Part shown: in pieces, positions 55,497 through 63,834 of the stretch | Layout: each line of letters begins with the position of its first letter | How positions within the stretch are numbered: the first letter of the stretch is position 1 | Assembly: GCA_046300675.1 (NCBI GenBank) | Contig: JBKCLO010000181.1 | Span: 8,915-72,914 of the forward strand | Length of the DNA: 64,000 bases | From: Ignavibacteria bacterium | GTDB lineage: Bacteria; Bacteroidota; Ignavibacteria; Kapaibacteriales; Kapaibacteriaceae | Direction: 5' to 3' | Made by a program: the position numbers and the translations under genes | The notes under the pieces: model-generated | What the model saw: only the letters and a program-made list of their open reading frames with translations | Told to the model about the DNA's origin: nothing | Database searches by the model: none

Positions 55497-55504
55497 CAAA
55501 TCTA
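55497..55504 (-). promoter_or_regulatory. Candidate -7 promoter box (TAGATTTG) for lrp-glnN
   Basis: The reverse complement is TAGATTTG, 30 nt upstream of the ATG at 55466. This also argues against the longer ORF start at 55508. Confidence 0.4.
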
Positions 55505-55549
55505 ACATTTGTTAAGCTTTATGTGCAAATTGTTTCACGAGGAGTGCCC

Positions 55550-56239
55550 ATGATCCGAGAGTTTCTGCGTTGGGCCCTGCGCACCGTCGTTGCGTTTTTG
55601 GTCTTTTCGGTGCTGGTTGTTGCCATGTTCCGAATCGTGCCTCCTGCCATCACGCCGTTAATGGTGTGGCGCATAGTGCAGGCCCCCTTTACAGGAAAGA
55701 CCTTGTTTGTGAAGCATCACTGGGTGTCCATGAGTAAGATCACACCGCAGATGGGGCGAGCAATGATCGCGGGTGAAGATGCTGGATTTGTGCGTCACAA
55801 GGGCATAGACTGGAGGGCGGTAGACAGAGCAAAACGCGCAAACGTTGCGCGTGTGCGCAAGGGCAAGCCCCCTCTTGGAGCAAGTACGATTACAATGCAA
55901 ACCTGCAAGAATGTGTTTCTGTTTCCTGTGCGTTCAATGCTGCGCAAGGGAGCAGAGGTGTACTTTGTGTATCTCACCGAAGCACTCTGGGGTAAGCACC
56001 GCATACTCGAGGTGTATCTCAACATGATCGAGTGGGGTGACGGCATTTATGGTGTGCATCAGGGGGCTCGGCATTGGTTTGGCGCAGATCCTGGCGCACT
56101 AACGCCTGATCAGGCAGCGCTGATGGGGGCAATCGTGCCCAATCCTCGAAAGTTCAGCGCTTCACAGCCTAGCCCGTACATACGGCGCAAGGCAGGTTGG
56201 ATTCGCGGTCGCATGCGCGGGGTATCATCCCCGAAGTAG
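55550..56239 (+). CDS. mtgA: Monofunctional biosynthetic peptidoglycan transglycosylase
   Basis: The ORF track gives 55478..56239; the ATG at 55550 is preceded by GGAG and gives MIREFLRWALRTVVAFLVFSVLVV (TM anchor). GT51 motifs present are AGEDAGFVRHKGIDW, GASTITMQ and RILEVYLNMIEWGDGIYG. Confidence 0.85.
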   Translation: MIREFLRWALRTVVAFLVFSVLVVAMFRIVPPAITPLMVWRIVQAPFTGKTLFVKHHWVSMSKITPQMGRAMIAGEDAGFVRHKGIDWRAVDRAKRANVARVRKGKPPLGASTITMQTCKNVFLFPVRSMLRKGAEVYFVYLTEALWGKHRILEVYLNMIEWGDGIYGVHQGARHWFGADPGALTPDQAALMGAIVPNPRKFSASQPSPYIRRKAGWIRGRMRGVSSPK

Positions 56240-57316
56240 ATCAAGACATGACTGCATGTCTGCCGGTATGGCACTTTCAAACGTCATCCGCTGCTTCGTC
56301 GTCGGGTGCGTAAACTCTAGACTGCGGGCGTGAAGTGCTTGACGATGTATGCGCTTAAGTACTTCGCTTCCCTGCAATCGATATGCGTGATGCAACGCGC
56401 TGATGGATGCATCACGACCGCCGTAATCAGGATCGCCGAGAAGTGGGTGCTTTCGAGAGCTCAAGTGGACACGTATCTGGTGTGTTCTACCCGTGCGAAG
56501 TTTACAGGTAATAAGCGTAGCGAAGAGAAATCGCTCATGCACCGTAACCTCGGTTGCGGCATACTTTCCACCGGTGCGAACAATTGCCCGTAGCGTGCGA
56601 TCACGTGGAGACCGTCCGATATCACCCTCGATCAGCAACTGGTCGTCTCCGAGAACACCCCAACAGAGCGCTACATACTGTCGCGACACCGTGCGGTCTG
56701 CAAACTGCGTAGCTAGCTGCATTGTAGTCTGATAGTTCTTCCCGATCACCATTACGCCTGAAGTATCACGGTCAAGACGATGCACGATCCCTGGACGAGC
56801 CGCTGCCTGCTCCTGCTCCAAACCTGCACCTACCTCCCAGAGTTCGGCCTCTGCATCAAGCGCTGGATCATCTGCAGATTCATCGCCGTCTCCCCAATCT
56901 TCGCGATTCTTGAGTATGTCGATGGGCTCTCTCTGACCAAGGTGCCAGAGAACTGCATTAACGATGGTGCCGTCGCGGTTCCCCAGCCCGGGATGGACGA
57001 GAATTCCTGGGGCCTTGTCTATCACCAACAGGTCGTTGTCTTCGTAGAGCACCGCAAGAGGAATATCCTGCGGAATGAGCTGTAGAGGGGGCGGCCTCAT
57101 CACCTTGACGGTGATACAATCGTTGGGCTTGACCTTATAGTTGGCGTTCTTGTGAACACCGTTAACATGCACTGCACCGGCGTCAATTGCCTTCTGCACA
57201 CGCGTTCTTGTAGCCATCGCGATGCTGCGGGTAATGTATGCATCAAGACGTTCCGGTTTCTTCCCAGGCGTTACAACGATCTCATACGTGTGCTCGGTGC
57301 GCTCAACTGCACTCAT
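56225..57316 (-). CDS. rluD: RluA/RluD family pseudouridine synthase with N-terminal S4 domain
   Basis: 363 aa. It has an S4 domain (RLDAYITRSIAMATRTRVQKAIDAGAVHVNG) and the catalytic motif HRLDRDTSGVMVIGK. An acidic insert (WGDGDESADDPALDAEAELWE) is present. The start overlaps the lspA stop (ATGA). Confidence 0.85.
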   Translation of the reverse strand: MSAVERTEHTYEIVVTPGKKPERLDAYITRSIAMATRTRVQKAIDAGAVHVNGVHKNANYKVKPNDCITVKVMRPPPLQLIPQDIPLAVLYEDNDLLVIDKAPGILVHPGLGNRDGTIVNAVLWHLGQREPIDILKNREDWGDGDESADDPALDAEAELWEVGAGLEQEQAAARPGIVHRLDRDTSGVMVIGKNYQTTMQLATQFADRTVSRQYVALCWGVLGDDQLLIEGDIGRSPRDRTLRAIVRTGGKYAATEVTVHERFLFATLITCKLRTGRTHQIRVHLSSRKHPLLGDPDYGGRDASISALHHAYRLQGSEVLKRIHRQALHARSLEFTHPTTKQRMTFESAIPADMQSCLDLLRG

Positions 57317-57885
57317 AGATCGCTCTTTACTGCAGGCTCTGCGGGTTTGACACGAAACGATGCGATAAGCATGAACACAACACCGATAGAAACACAGGAG
57401 TCAGCAAGATTGAAAACAGGAAAGTGGGTGTACTCGACACCCAGCCACATTACATCGGGAATATCAACCTGCAGAAAATCAACAACCTTACCCTCGAACA
57501 ACGGAGCTTCGCCGTAGAAGACCCCATAGAACATGCGGTCGATAAGATTACCTACTGCACCGGCGAATATCAGCATGAACGAAGCTCGTTCAAGTTTACT
57601 CGAGTCAGTGCGTGTATGCACGACATATGCCAGAGCACAAGCAATAACGATCGTAATAAGTGTTAGGACGATCTTGGCGCTACCCCAGCTAATCCCGAAG
57701 GCCATACCCGGGTTTTCGACAAAGGTGATACGCACGATCTCTCCTATCAGTGGAATCGACTCACCGAGGTACATTCCATCTTGATGGAATCCCATGATGG
57801 TGCCACCCTTGACCAAAAACTTCAAGAGCTGATCAAGAATGATCAGCCCCATAGCAATGGCGAAATACCATCGTGATGTATACAT
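57313..57885 (-). CDS. lspA: Lipoprotein signal peptidase (signal peptidase II)
   Basis: The ORF track start at 57906 is a TTG; the ATG at 57885 gives MYTSRWYFAIAMGLIILDQLLK. Motifs present are FGISWG, GAVGNLIDR and FNLADSCVSIG. Confidence 0.85.
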   Translation of the reverse strand: MYTSRWYFAIAMGLIILDQLLKFLVKGGTIMGFHQDGMYLGESIPLIGEIVRITFVENPGMAFGISWGSAKIVLTLITIVIACALAYVVHTRTDSSKLERASFMLIFAGAVGNLIDRMFYGVFYGEAPLFEGKVVDFLQVDIPDVMWLGVEYTHFPVFNLADSCVSIGVVFMLIASFRVKPAEPAVKSDL

Positions 57886-57913
57886 GCAGTATGAACTCCT
57901 TGTCAACCCCCAA

Positions 57914-58447
57914 CTACTTCAGCGCATCCGGATTCTTTGCAACGATTCTGTCTACTCCATCTTCAGGGCAGCGCTGACGAATCTTGTATGATGCAGATAG
58001 TGTTGTGATCGGAACAGCGATAAGACGCTCCTTCGCAATCAGAACTCCGCACATACGACAAATACCGTAACTCTTATCGTCAATGCGTCCAAGCGCCTCT
58101 TCCAGCTTGCGGATGTAGTCCTGGATGCGCTGAATCTGCGCATACGTTTTTTCCTTCTCGACTGCTTCTGAGCCTTGCTCAGCCATGTGCATCGAGTAGA
58201 TCGAGCTATCCTCGTTGTTCTCACTGTTGGTAAGATCTTCTAGGCGCTCACGAAGCATGCGTAGCTCTTCGAGAGCCTCCTCACGTGCACGCACAATATT
58301 GGTGCGGAAGAATTTGAGGTCAGATTCAGGGTACTTCAGACCCTTCTTAGGTGCTATCGGCAAAGTTGGCTTAGAAGCCCTGTTTGCCGCATTGGGGTCT
58401 TTAACAAAAACAGCACCGACGGGCTTAACGACCGTCGGTGCTGACAT
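57914..58447 (-). CDS. DksA/TraR family protein (FCB-type, partly degenerate zinc finger) with a low-complexity basic N-terminal extension
   Basis: 177 aa from the ATG at 58447. The core starts near KYPESDLKFFRTNIVRAREEALEELRML and ends YGICRMCGVLIAKERLIAVPITTLSASYK. It occupies the conserved position between ileS and lspA. The reading frame stays open for 75 codons upstream of the ATG with no alternative start codon (see findings). Confidence 0.75.
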   Translation of the reverse strand: MSAPTVVKPVGAVFVKDPNAANRASKPTLPIAPKKGLKYPESDLKFFRTNIVRAREEALEELRMLRERLEDLTNSENNEDSSIYSMHMAEQGSEAVEKEKTYAQIQRIQDYIRKLEEALGRIDDKSYGICRMCGVLIAKERLIAVPITTLSASYKIRQRCPEDGVDRIVAKNPDALK

Positions 58448-58641
58448 AGCCGACCCTTGTGACTTCTTCGACGCTTGCTTCGTTATCGTCGCCTTCCCAT
58501 TTGCTGCTGCTATAACCGGAGCGTTCTTGGCGTTTGCCGAACTCTTTCCTGACGCTTTCCCAGTAGTTGTCTTACTGGTGTTGGACGAAGCTTTAGTTGT
58601 CGTTGATGTACGAGGGCTCTGAGCCGAGTTAGGAGTTACCC

Positions 58642-58908
58642 TTACTTGGCTTTTTTTTTTGCCGCAGCCTTCTTAGCAGGCTTTGCAGCCTTCTTAGCTG
58701 GCTTAGCTGCCTTCTTAGCTGGCTTAGCTGCCTTCTTGGCTGCTGGCTTAGCTGCTGGCTTAGCTGCCTTCTTGGCTGCTGGCTTAGCTGCCTTCTTGGC
58801 TGCTGGCTTTGCTGCCTTCTTGGCTGCTGGCTTTGCTGCCTTTTTGGCTGCTGGCTTTGCAGCCTTTTTGGCTGCTGGCTTCTTGGCGGCTTTCTTTGCT
58901 GCTGCCAT
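58642..58908 (-). CDS. Histone H1-like Ala/Lys-repeat protein (88 aa)
   Basis: The sequence is MAAAKKAAKKPAAKKAAK(PAAKKAAK)n...PAKKAAKPAKKAAAKKKAK. It consists entirely of A/K/P, like bacterial H1-like nucleoid proteins. The two other long ORFs over the same repeat (58629..58952 on the minus strand and 58646..58930 on the plus strand) are frame artefacts. Confidence 0.7.
   Translation of the reverse strand: MAAAKKAAKKPAAKKAAKPAAKKAAKPAAKKAAKPAAKKAAKPAAKKAAKPAAKPAAKKAAKPAKKAAKPAKKAAKPAKKAAAKKKAK
58651..58660 (-). repeat. A10 homopolymer (coding strand) encoding KKK, five codons before the H1-like ORF stop; potential slippage or indel-error site
   Basis: The plus strand shows T10 at 58651-58660. 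On the minus strand this reads GCA AAA AAA AAA GCC AAG TAA. Confidence 0.95.
58670..58890 (-). repeat. In-frame tandem repeats (24-nt units, then 21-nt units) encoding PAAKKAAK / PAKKAAK
   Basis: The unit GGCTTAGCTGCCTTCTTGGCTGCT and close variants recur head-to-tail about 8-9 times on the plus strand. Confidence 0.9.
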
Positions 58909-58967
58909 GAGAGTACCTCAAAAAAAGTGAAACATGAAAACGCGTGCGCCACCTTGACGCACCACCA

Positions 58968-61900
58968 TCAAACACGCTGAACGCGTACGTTGACGTGACG
59001 CCCGTTTATCTCGAGATCAACCCCTAGAGGTTGTTCCCCCCGCTCGAGCGACTCCGCCAGCGTTTCCATTCCGATGTATGACCGCATCGCCTCGAGTGCC
59101 GCACTGGTCTCGTCATCGGTACAATAATGTACCTCAACGCGATCTGTGACTTCGTAACCCGATTCTTTGCGGATCTTTTGAAGGCGACTGACAAACTCAC
59201 GCGCTAGACCTTCTCTCATGAGGTGTTCATCAAGCTCTGTGTCCAGAGCAACTGTTAATCCCCCATCACTAGCTACAAGCCAGCCTTCAATGTCTTCGCT
59301 TATGATCTCTACGTCTTCAAAGTCGATTTGCACCGTCTTGTCGTCGATCATTAAGGCCAGCACTGAAGATTGTTCAAGTTTTCTTACCATTTCGTGTGTA
59401 AGCGTCTTGATTGCCTGTGCAACCACCTGCGTGTCTGTGCCGTACTTTTTTCCAATGATCTTGAAGTTCGGTCTGGCACTTCGTCTAACGATGTTTGTGT
59501 CGTCAGATACGTATTCGATTTCTTTAACGTTGATCTCTTCTTTGATGATGTCTTCAACTGTTTGCAGTTGTCTTCTCATCGCAGGACTATCAACTGGAAG
59601 TAGAATACGTCGCAGAGGTTGACGTGTCTTAATCTTCGCCTTCTCTCTCAAAGAACGTGCAAGAGAAACAATTTGTTGCGCTTGCATCATGCGATGTTCA
59701 AGATCACTATCGATCACGTTCTCATCACACGATTGCAATATAATACAATGAACACTCAATTGGTCAAGTGTTGGCTGAAGTCGTAAAAAAATTGATTCAG
59801 ATAAAAACGGTGCAACAGGTGCCATCATCTCTGCGACGCGAAGTAGAACTTCGTGCAATGTCTGATATGCTGCTCGCTTGTCTGCATCGTATTCACCTTT
59901 CCAGAACCGACGACGATTTCTGCGCACGTACCAATTCGAAACATCTTCGATTACAAACTCTTGTAGTATTCGGCAACCCTTTGTTAGATCATACCCATCC
60001 ATCGCAAGTGTGAATTGCTTGATGGTAGTGTGCAAGCGAGAGATAATCCAACGGTCGATCTCAGGCCGCTCTGCCACTGGTATGCGGGCATCAGAGGCCG
60101 TATATCCATCAACATTGGCATACATCACGAAGAACTCGAATGTATTGGTAAACGAGCGGAAGAAATCAGCGATCACCGTCTTGGCGATATCTTCTTCGTT
60201 CCAGAGCTTTGGTTTGTGAACTGGCGATGAGGACATCAAGAACCAGCGAACTGCATCACTGCCGAACTTGTCCATTACTTCGAATGGGTCAACCGTATTG
60301 CCCTTCGACTTCGACATTTTCTGTCCACGCTTGTCAAGCACAAGGTCGTTGACCACGACATTTTTATATGCCGGTCTGCCAAACAATGCAGTGGAAATAT
60401 TATGCAGCGTGTAGAACCATCCACGAGTTTGGTCTATACCTTCGGCGATGAAATCTGCCGGATAGGACTTCTCAAATAGCTCCTTGTTTTCGAACGGGTA
60501 ATGGAACTGAGCAAAGGGCATGCTGCCTGAATCAAACCAAACGTCTACTACCTCACGAGTACGACGATAGCGCATGCCGTCTTTGATGTAGACAACGCGG
60601 TCTACAAATGGACGATGAAGATCGATTTCCTTTCCAGACTCAGAAACAGGAACGAGCTGTCCGTCATCTGTTTCGTAGAGGCCGGCTCGAAGCTCATCGA
60701 TCGAGCCAATGGCAAACATGTCCTGACCATCCTCGCTTACCCAGATCGGCAGAGGAGATCCCCAGTAACGATCGCGCGAAATAGACCACTCTTTGACTTC
60801 TTCAAGCCAATTAGCAAATCTTCCCTCGCCGATCTCCGGTGGATGCCATGCAATCTGACGGTTGAGCTCTACAAGCTGACTTCGATACTGCGGTGATTTG
60901 ATGAACCAAGAATCCCGCGCGTAGTAGATCACCGGATTGTCTGTTCGCCAGCAGTGCGGATAGCTGTGTAGATAATCGAAGGACGCTTTGTATACCTTGT
61001 TAGCAATCTTAAGTGTCTTTACGATGTCTCGATCTGCGCCATCTTCCTTGTGATCAGTATAGGTAAAGGTCTTTACAGCGCGCCCGGCAAAATCCTTGAT
61101 GTCTGCGGTAAAATGCCCGTCTGCCGATACTGGCTGCGGCACCGGTAGCCCGTGCACTTTCGATAGTTCGAAGTCATCCTGGCCAAAGGCAGGTGCGATG
61201 TGCACAACGCCGGAGCCATCACCAGTAGTTACGAAATCACCTGGCAGCACATGTAACACGTTTGGATGAGCTTGCGCATCGAGATGCACGTCGGTAAAGA
61301 TTTGCTCATAGCATGAGCCCACGAGCTCACTTCCCGTAAAGCCTTCCAGAATAGTGTACTCTCCGTCTAGAATGCTTAGTCTACTCTCTGCGAGTACAAA
61401 AAGCTCTTCGATGCTCTGCTCGCCAACTACTCGTGTATTCTTTATCAGTACGTACTTAATGTCGGGTCCGACCGCAAGCGCAACATTTGCGAACAACGTC
61501 CACGGCGTCGTGGTCCAGACAATAATGCTTGCTCCAACTGCATCACTGATTGGAGACGAAGTTATCCGAAGCTTAAGGTAGACGTTTGCGTCTTTGACTT
61601 CTTTGTAATTCTGAGACAGCTCGTGCGATGAAAGGGGCGTGCCAAGTGTAGGCGACTGCGGCACTACCTTGTATCCCTTATATATGAGCCCCTTGTCAAA
61701 GTATTGCTTTAGAGCCCACCACACAGATTCGATATACTCGTTTGTGCAGGTGATATAAGCACTATCCAGATCGAGCCAGTGCCCCATGCGGCGCGTAAGT
61801 GTGCGCCAGCCATTATCCATCGAGATGTTGCGATAGACAATGTCTTTGCATACAGCATTGAACTTTTCTACACCAAGCACTTCGATCTGCGCTTTGTCGG

Positions 61901-62207
61901 TGATGCCAAGCTCCTTCTCGGCGCTCAGCTCTACGGGCAGTCCGTGAGTGTCCCACCCAGCCTGCCTGCGAACATGATAACCACGCAGGTGCTTGTATCT
62001 GCAGATGGAGTCTTTGATCGTTCTGGCAAGAACGTGGTGTATACCCGGTTTGCCGTTTACCGTAGGGGGCCCTTCAAAGAACGAGAACTCCTCGGCACCA
62101 ACTCTGGCCTGCTGGGAGCGTTCAAAGACGTTGTTGTTCTCCCAATAATCAAGGATCGACTCTTCAAGTTTTGGGTAGGATAGAACTTCCGGCAGTGGTT
62201 CGAACAT
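58968..62207 (-). CDS. ileS: Isoleucine--tRNA ligase
   Basis: 1079 aa with a HIGH-type motif (PTVNGKPGIHHVLARTIKD), KMSKS (QKMSKSKGN) and a CP1 editing domain region. Confidence 0.95.
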   Translation of the reverse strand: MFEPLPEVLSYPKLEESILDYWENNNVFERSQQARVGAEEFSFFEGPPTVNGKPGIHHVLARTIKDSICRYKHLRGYHVRRQAGWDTHGLPVELSAEKELGITDKAQIEVLGVEKFNAVCKDIVYRNISMDNGWRTLTRRMGHWLDLDSAYITCTNEYIESVWWALKQYFDKGLIYKGYKVVPQSPTLGTPLSSHELSQNYKEVKDANVYLKLRITSSPISDAVGASIIVWTTTPWTLFANVALAVGPDIKYVLIKNTRVVGEQSIEELFVLAESRLSILDGEYTILEGFTGSELVGSCYEQIFTDVHLDAQAHPNVLHVLPGDFVTTGDGSGVVHIAPAFGQDDFELSKVHGLPVPQPVSADGHFTADIKDFAGRAVKTFTYTDHKEDGADRDIVKTLKIANKVYKASFDYLHSYPHCWRTDNPVIYYARDSWFIKSPQYRSQLVELNRQIAWHPPEIGEGRFANWLEEVKEWSISRDRYWGSPLPIWVSEDGQDMFAIGSIDELRAGLYETDDGQLVPVSESGKEIDLHRPFVDRVVYIKDGMRYRRTREVVDVWFDSGSMPFAQFHYPFENKELFEKSYPADFIAEGIDQTRGWFYTLHNISTALFGRPAYKNVVVNDLVLDKRGQKMSKSKGNTVDPFEVMDKFGSDAVRWFLMSSSPVHKPKLWNEEDIAKTVIADFFRSFTNTFEFFVMYANVDGYTASDARIPVAERPEIDRWIISRLHTTIKQFTLAMDGYDLTKGCRILQEFVIEDVSNWYVRRNRRRFWKGEYDADKRAAYQTLHEVLLRVAEMMAPVAPFLSESIFLRLQPTLDQLSVHCIILQSCDENVIDSDLEHRMMQAQQIVSLARSLREKAKIKTRQPLRRILLPVDSPAMRRQLQTVEDIIKEEINVKEIEYVSDDTNIVRRSARPNFKIIGKKYGTDTQVVAQAIKTLTHEMVRKLEQSSVLALMIDDKTVQIDFEDVEIISEDIEGWLVASDGGLTVALDTELDEHLMREGLAREFVSRLQKIRKESGYEVTDRVEVHYCTDDETSAALEAMRSYIGMETLAESLERGEQPLGVDLEINGRHVNVRVQRV

Positions 62208-62235
62208 GTAGTTGTGTCTGGTATGAAACGAAACG

Positions 62236-62243
62236 CAAAGTTA
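62236..62243 (-). promoter_or_regulatory. Candidate -7 promoter box (TAACTTTG) for ileS
   Basis: The reverse complement is TAACTTTG, 28 nt upstream of the ATG at 62207. It overlaps the stop codon of the histidine kinase gene. Confidence 0.4.
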
Positions 62244-63785
62244 CGGAGCAGACGGGAATGTGATTTGCATTGTCGTGCCTACTCCTTCGGAGGAGACAAC
62301 CTTGATGGCGCCATCGTGCACATCAACGATCCATTTAACGATGGCAAGTCCAAGCCCGGTGCCATGAATGTTCTTTGACCGCGCTTTGTCTACGCGGTAA
62401 AAGCGGTCAAAGAGATATGGGATATGCTCATGTGCAATGCCGATACCCGTATCGCTTACAAAGAGTCGGATCTCATCTTCCAACCTACGCAGCTCCACGC
62501 GCACTGAACCACCGGAGGGCGTGTATTTGACGGCATTCTCGACAACATTCAGAATCGCTTGATGCAGGCGGACCTTGTCGCCGATGAGCTGCAGATCCTC
62601 TTGAAGATCGGTTGTAAGCTGAACATGTTTTGATTCTGCAAGCAGCAAGAGATCATCGCAGACATCTGCTACCAGCGTGCTCAGTCTGACAAGCTTGCGC
62701 TCAACCACTGACTGGCCTGTTTCGGCGCGGCTCAGATCAAGCAGGCCCTGCACCACATGCGTTAGTCGTTCAACTTCTTCGAGACAACTGGCAACGGTGG
62801 CTTTGTATTCATCAATTGTCATTTCACGTCTGAGAGCGACCTCAAGTTCTCCCATTAAAATCGCCAGCGGTGTTTTCAGTTCATGGGACGCATCTGAGGT
62901 GAATTGGCGGACTTGTGTAAATGAGTTTTCAAGTCTGGCAATCATGTCGTTGAGCGTGTCGATAAGTCGACCGATCTCGTCGTTGTTCTGTGCACGGGGC
63001 AAACGCTGTTCCAGGCTGCTGGCCGTGATCTGACGAGCAAGACGAGTTACTTCGTCAACCGGCCGCAATGAACGGCCTGCAATAAACCAACCTGTCCACA
63101 CTGAAACACCAAGTACCAAGGGTAATGCATAGAGCATAGCAGCAAAGAGTCGACGCAACGTTGCATCGATCTCCGAGAGCGGATACGCAGCAGTTACCGT
63201 GGCGATATCACTGCGCATCATCACAATGCGGTAACGTTCACCATTAAGCCAGTAGTGCGAGAGTAGTCTGTTGTCGTCGGTGCTTGCCCCCTCTCGAACA
63301 TAGGCGGCAAATGTTGGCAATGTATCCGATACAAGATTATCGGAGCGCCAGACCACACTGCCGGTGATGTCGGCCACCTGGAGGATGTAGTTTGATGAAT
63401 TCAGCAGCATATGCTCGTAGACGGCAGACCACACGGGGTCTTCGACCAAGGCTGAATCTGACGGCAGCACGGGGCCAACATATTCCCGCTGTGTTGATTG
63501 ATCCAACAGTGGACTCTTGAGCTTGTCACGCCGCGTTTCGGATGCCTTTTTAGCCGCCAGGAGCTTGCGTGGCGACAGCGGCTTCTTCACCTGAGCTTGT
63601 TCGCGCTTGAGCACTGCAAGTAGCGAACTGCTGGCTCGTGAAAGGGACGTATCTAAGTTGGCCATCAGCTCGGTGCTGACCGTTATATAGGCTATGACGG
63701 CAAAAGCCACCATCGTCAGGGCGATGAGGGCGCCGTACATCAGTGCCAATTTTGCTCGCAATGTGAACTTCACAGCTTCGAACAT
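62241..63785 (-). CDS. Two-component sensor histidine kinase (2 TM, HAMP, HisKA, HATPase_c)
   Basis: The ORF track gives 62241..63836; the ATG at 63785 gives MFEAVKFTLRAKLALMYGALIALTMVAFAVIAY. The H-box is FTSDASHELKTPLA. The N, G1 and G2 boxes are VVENAVKYTP, DTGIGI and GTGLGLAIV. No cognate response regulator lies in the window. Confidence 0.85.
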   Translation of the reverse strand: MFEAVKFTLRAKLALMYGALIALTMVAFAVIAYITVSTELMANLDTSLSRASSSLLAVLKREQAQVKKPLSPRKLLAAKKASETRRDKLKSPLLDQSTQREYVGPVLPSDSALVEDPVWSAVYEHMLLNSSNYILQVADITGSVVWRSDNLVSDTLPTFAAYVREGASTDDNRLLSHYWLNGERYRIVMMRSDIATVTAAYPLSEIDATLRRLFAAMLYALPLVLGVSVWTGWFIAGRSLRPVDEVTRLARQITASSLEQRLPRAQNNDEIGRLIDTLNDMIARLENSFTQVRQFTSDASHELKTPLAILMGELEVALRREMTIDEYKATVASCLEEVERLTHVVQGLLDLSRAETGQSVVERKLVRLSTLVADVCDDLLLLAESKHVQLTTDLQEDLQLIGDKVRLHQAILNVVENAVKYTPSGGSVRVELRRLEDEIRLFVSDTGIGIAHEHIPYLFDRFYRVDKARSKNIHGTGLGLAIVKWIVDVHDGAIKVVSSEGVGTTMQITFPSAP

Positions 63786-63818
63786 ACAGATGTCTGCGTC
63801 CACGAAGAAATGAGATTC

Positions 63819-63826
63819 TATCTTTG
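63819..63826 (+). promoter_or_regulatory. Candidate -7 promoter box (TATCTTTG) for murI
   Basis: Matches TAnnTTTG, 8 nt upstream of the ATG at 63835. Confidence 0.4.
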
Positions 63827-63834
63827 CCGTTAGC

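Noticed and set aside
58670-58890. A regular 24-nt tandem repeat array that could superficially resemble a CRISPR or minisatellite locus
   Set aside because: The repeats are contiguous with no spacers. They are in frame and encode the PAAKKAAK units of the H1-like protein. No cas genes or leader are present.
58629-58952. A 107-aa Gln/Arg/Pro-rich ORF on the minus strand, plus the 94-aa AFLAGL-repeat ORF at 58646..58930 on the plus strand, both over the same repeat
   Set aside because: These are alternative-frame and antisense readings of the Ala/Lys repeat. Low-complexity repeats stay open in several frames. The AK frame has a proper ATG and a composition typical of known H1-like proteins.
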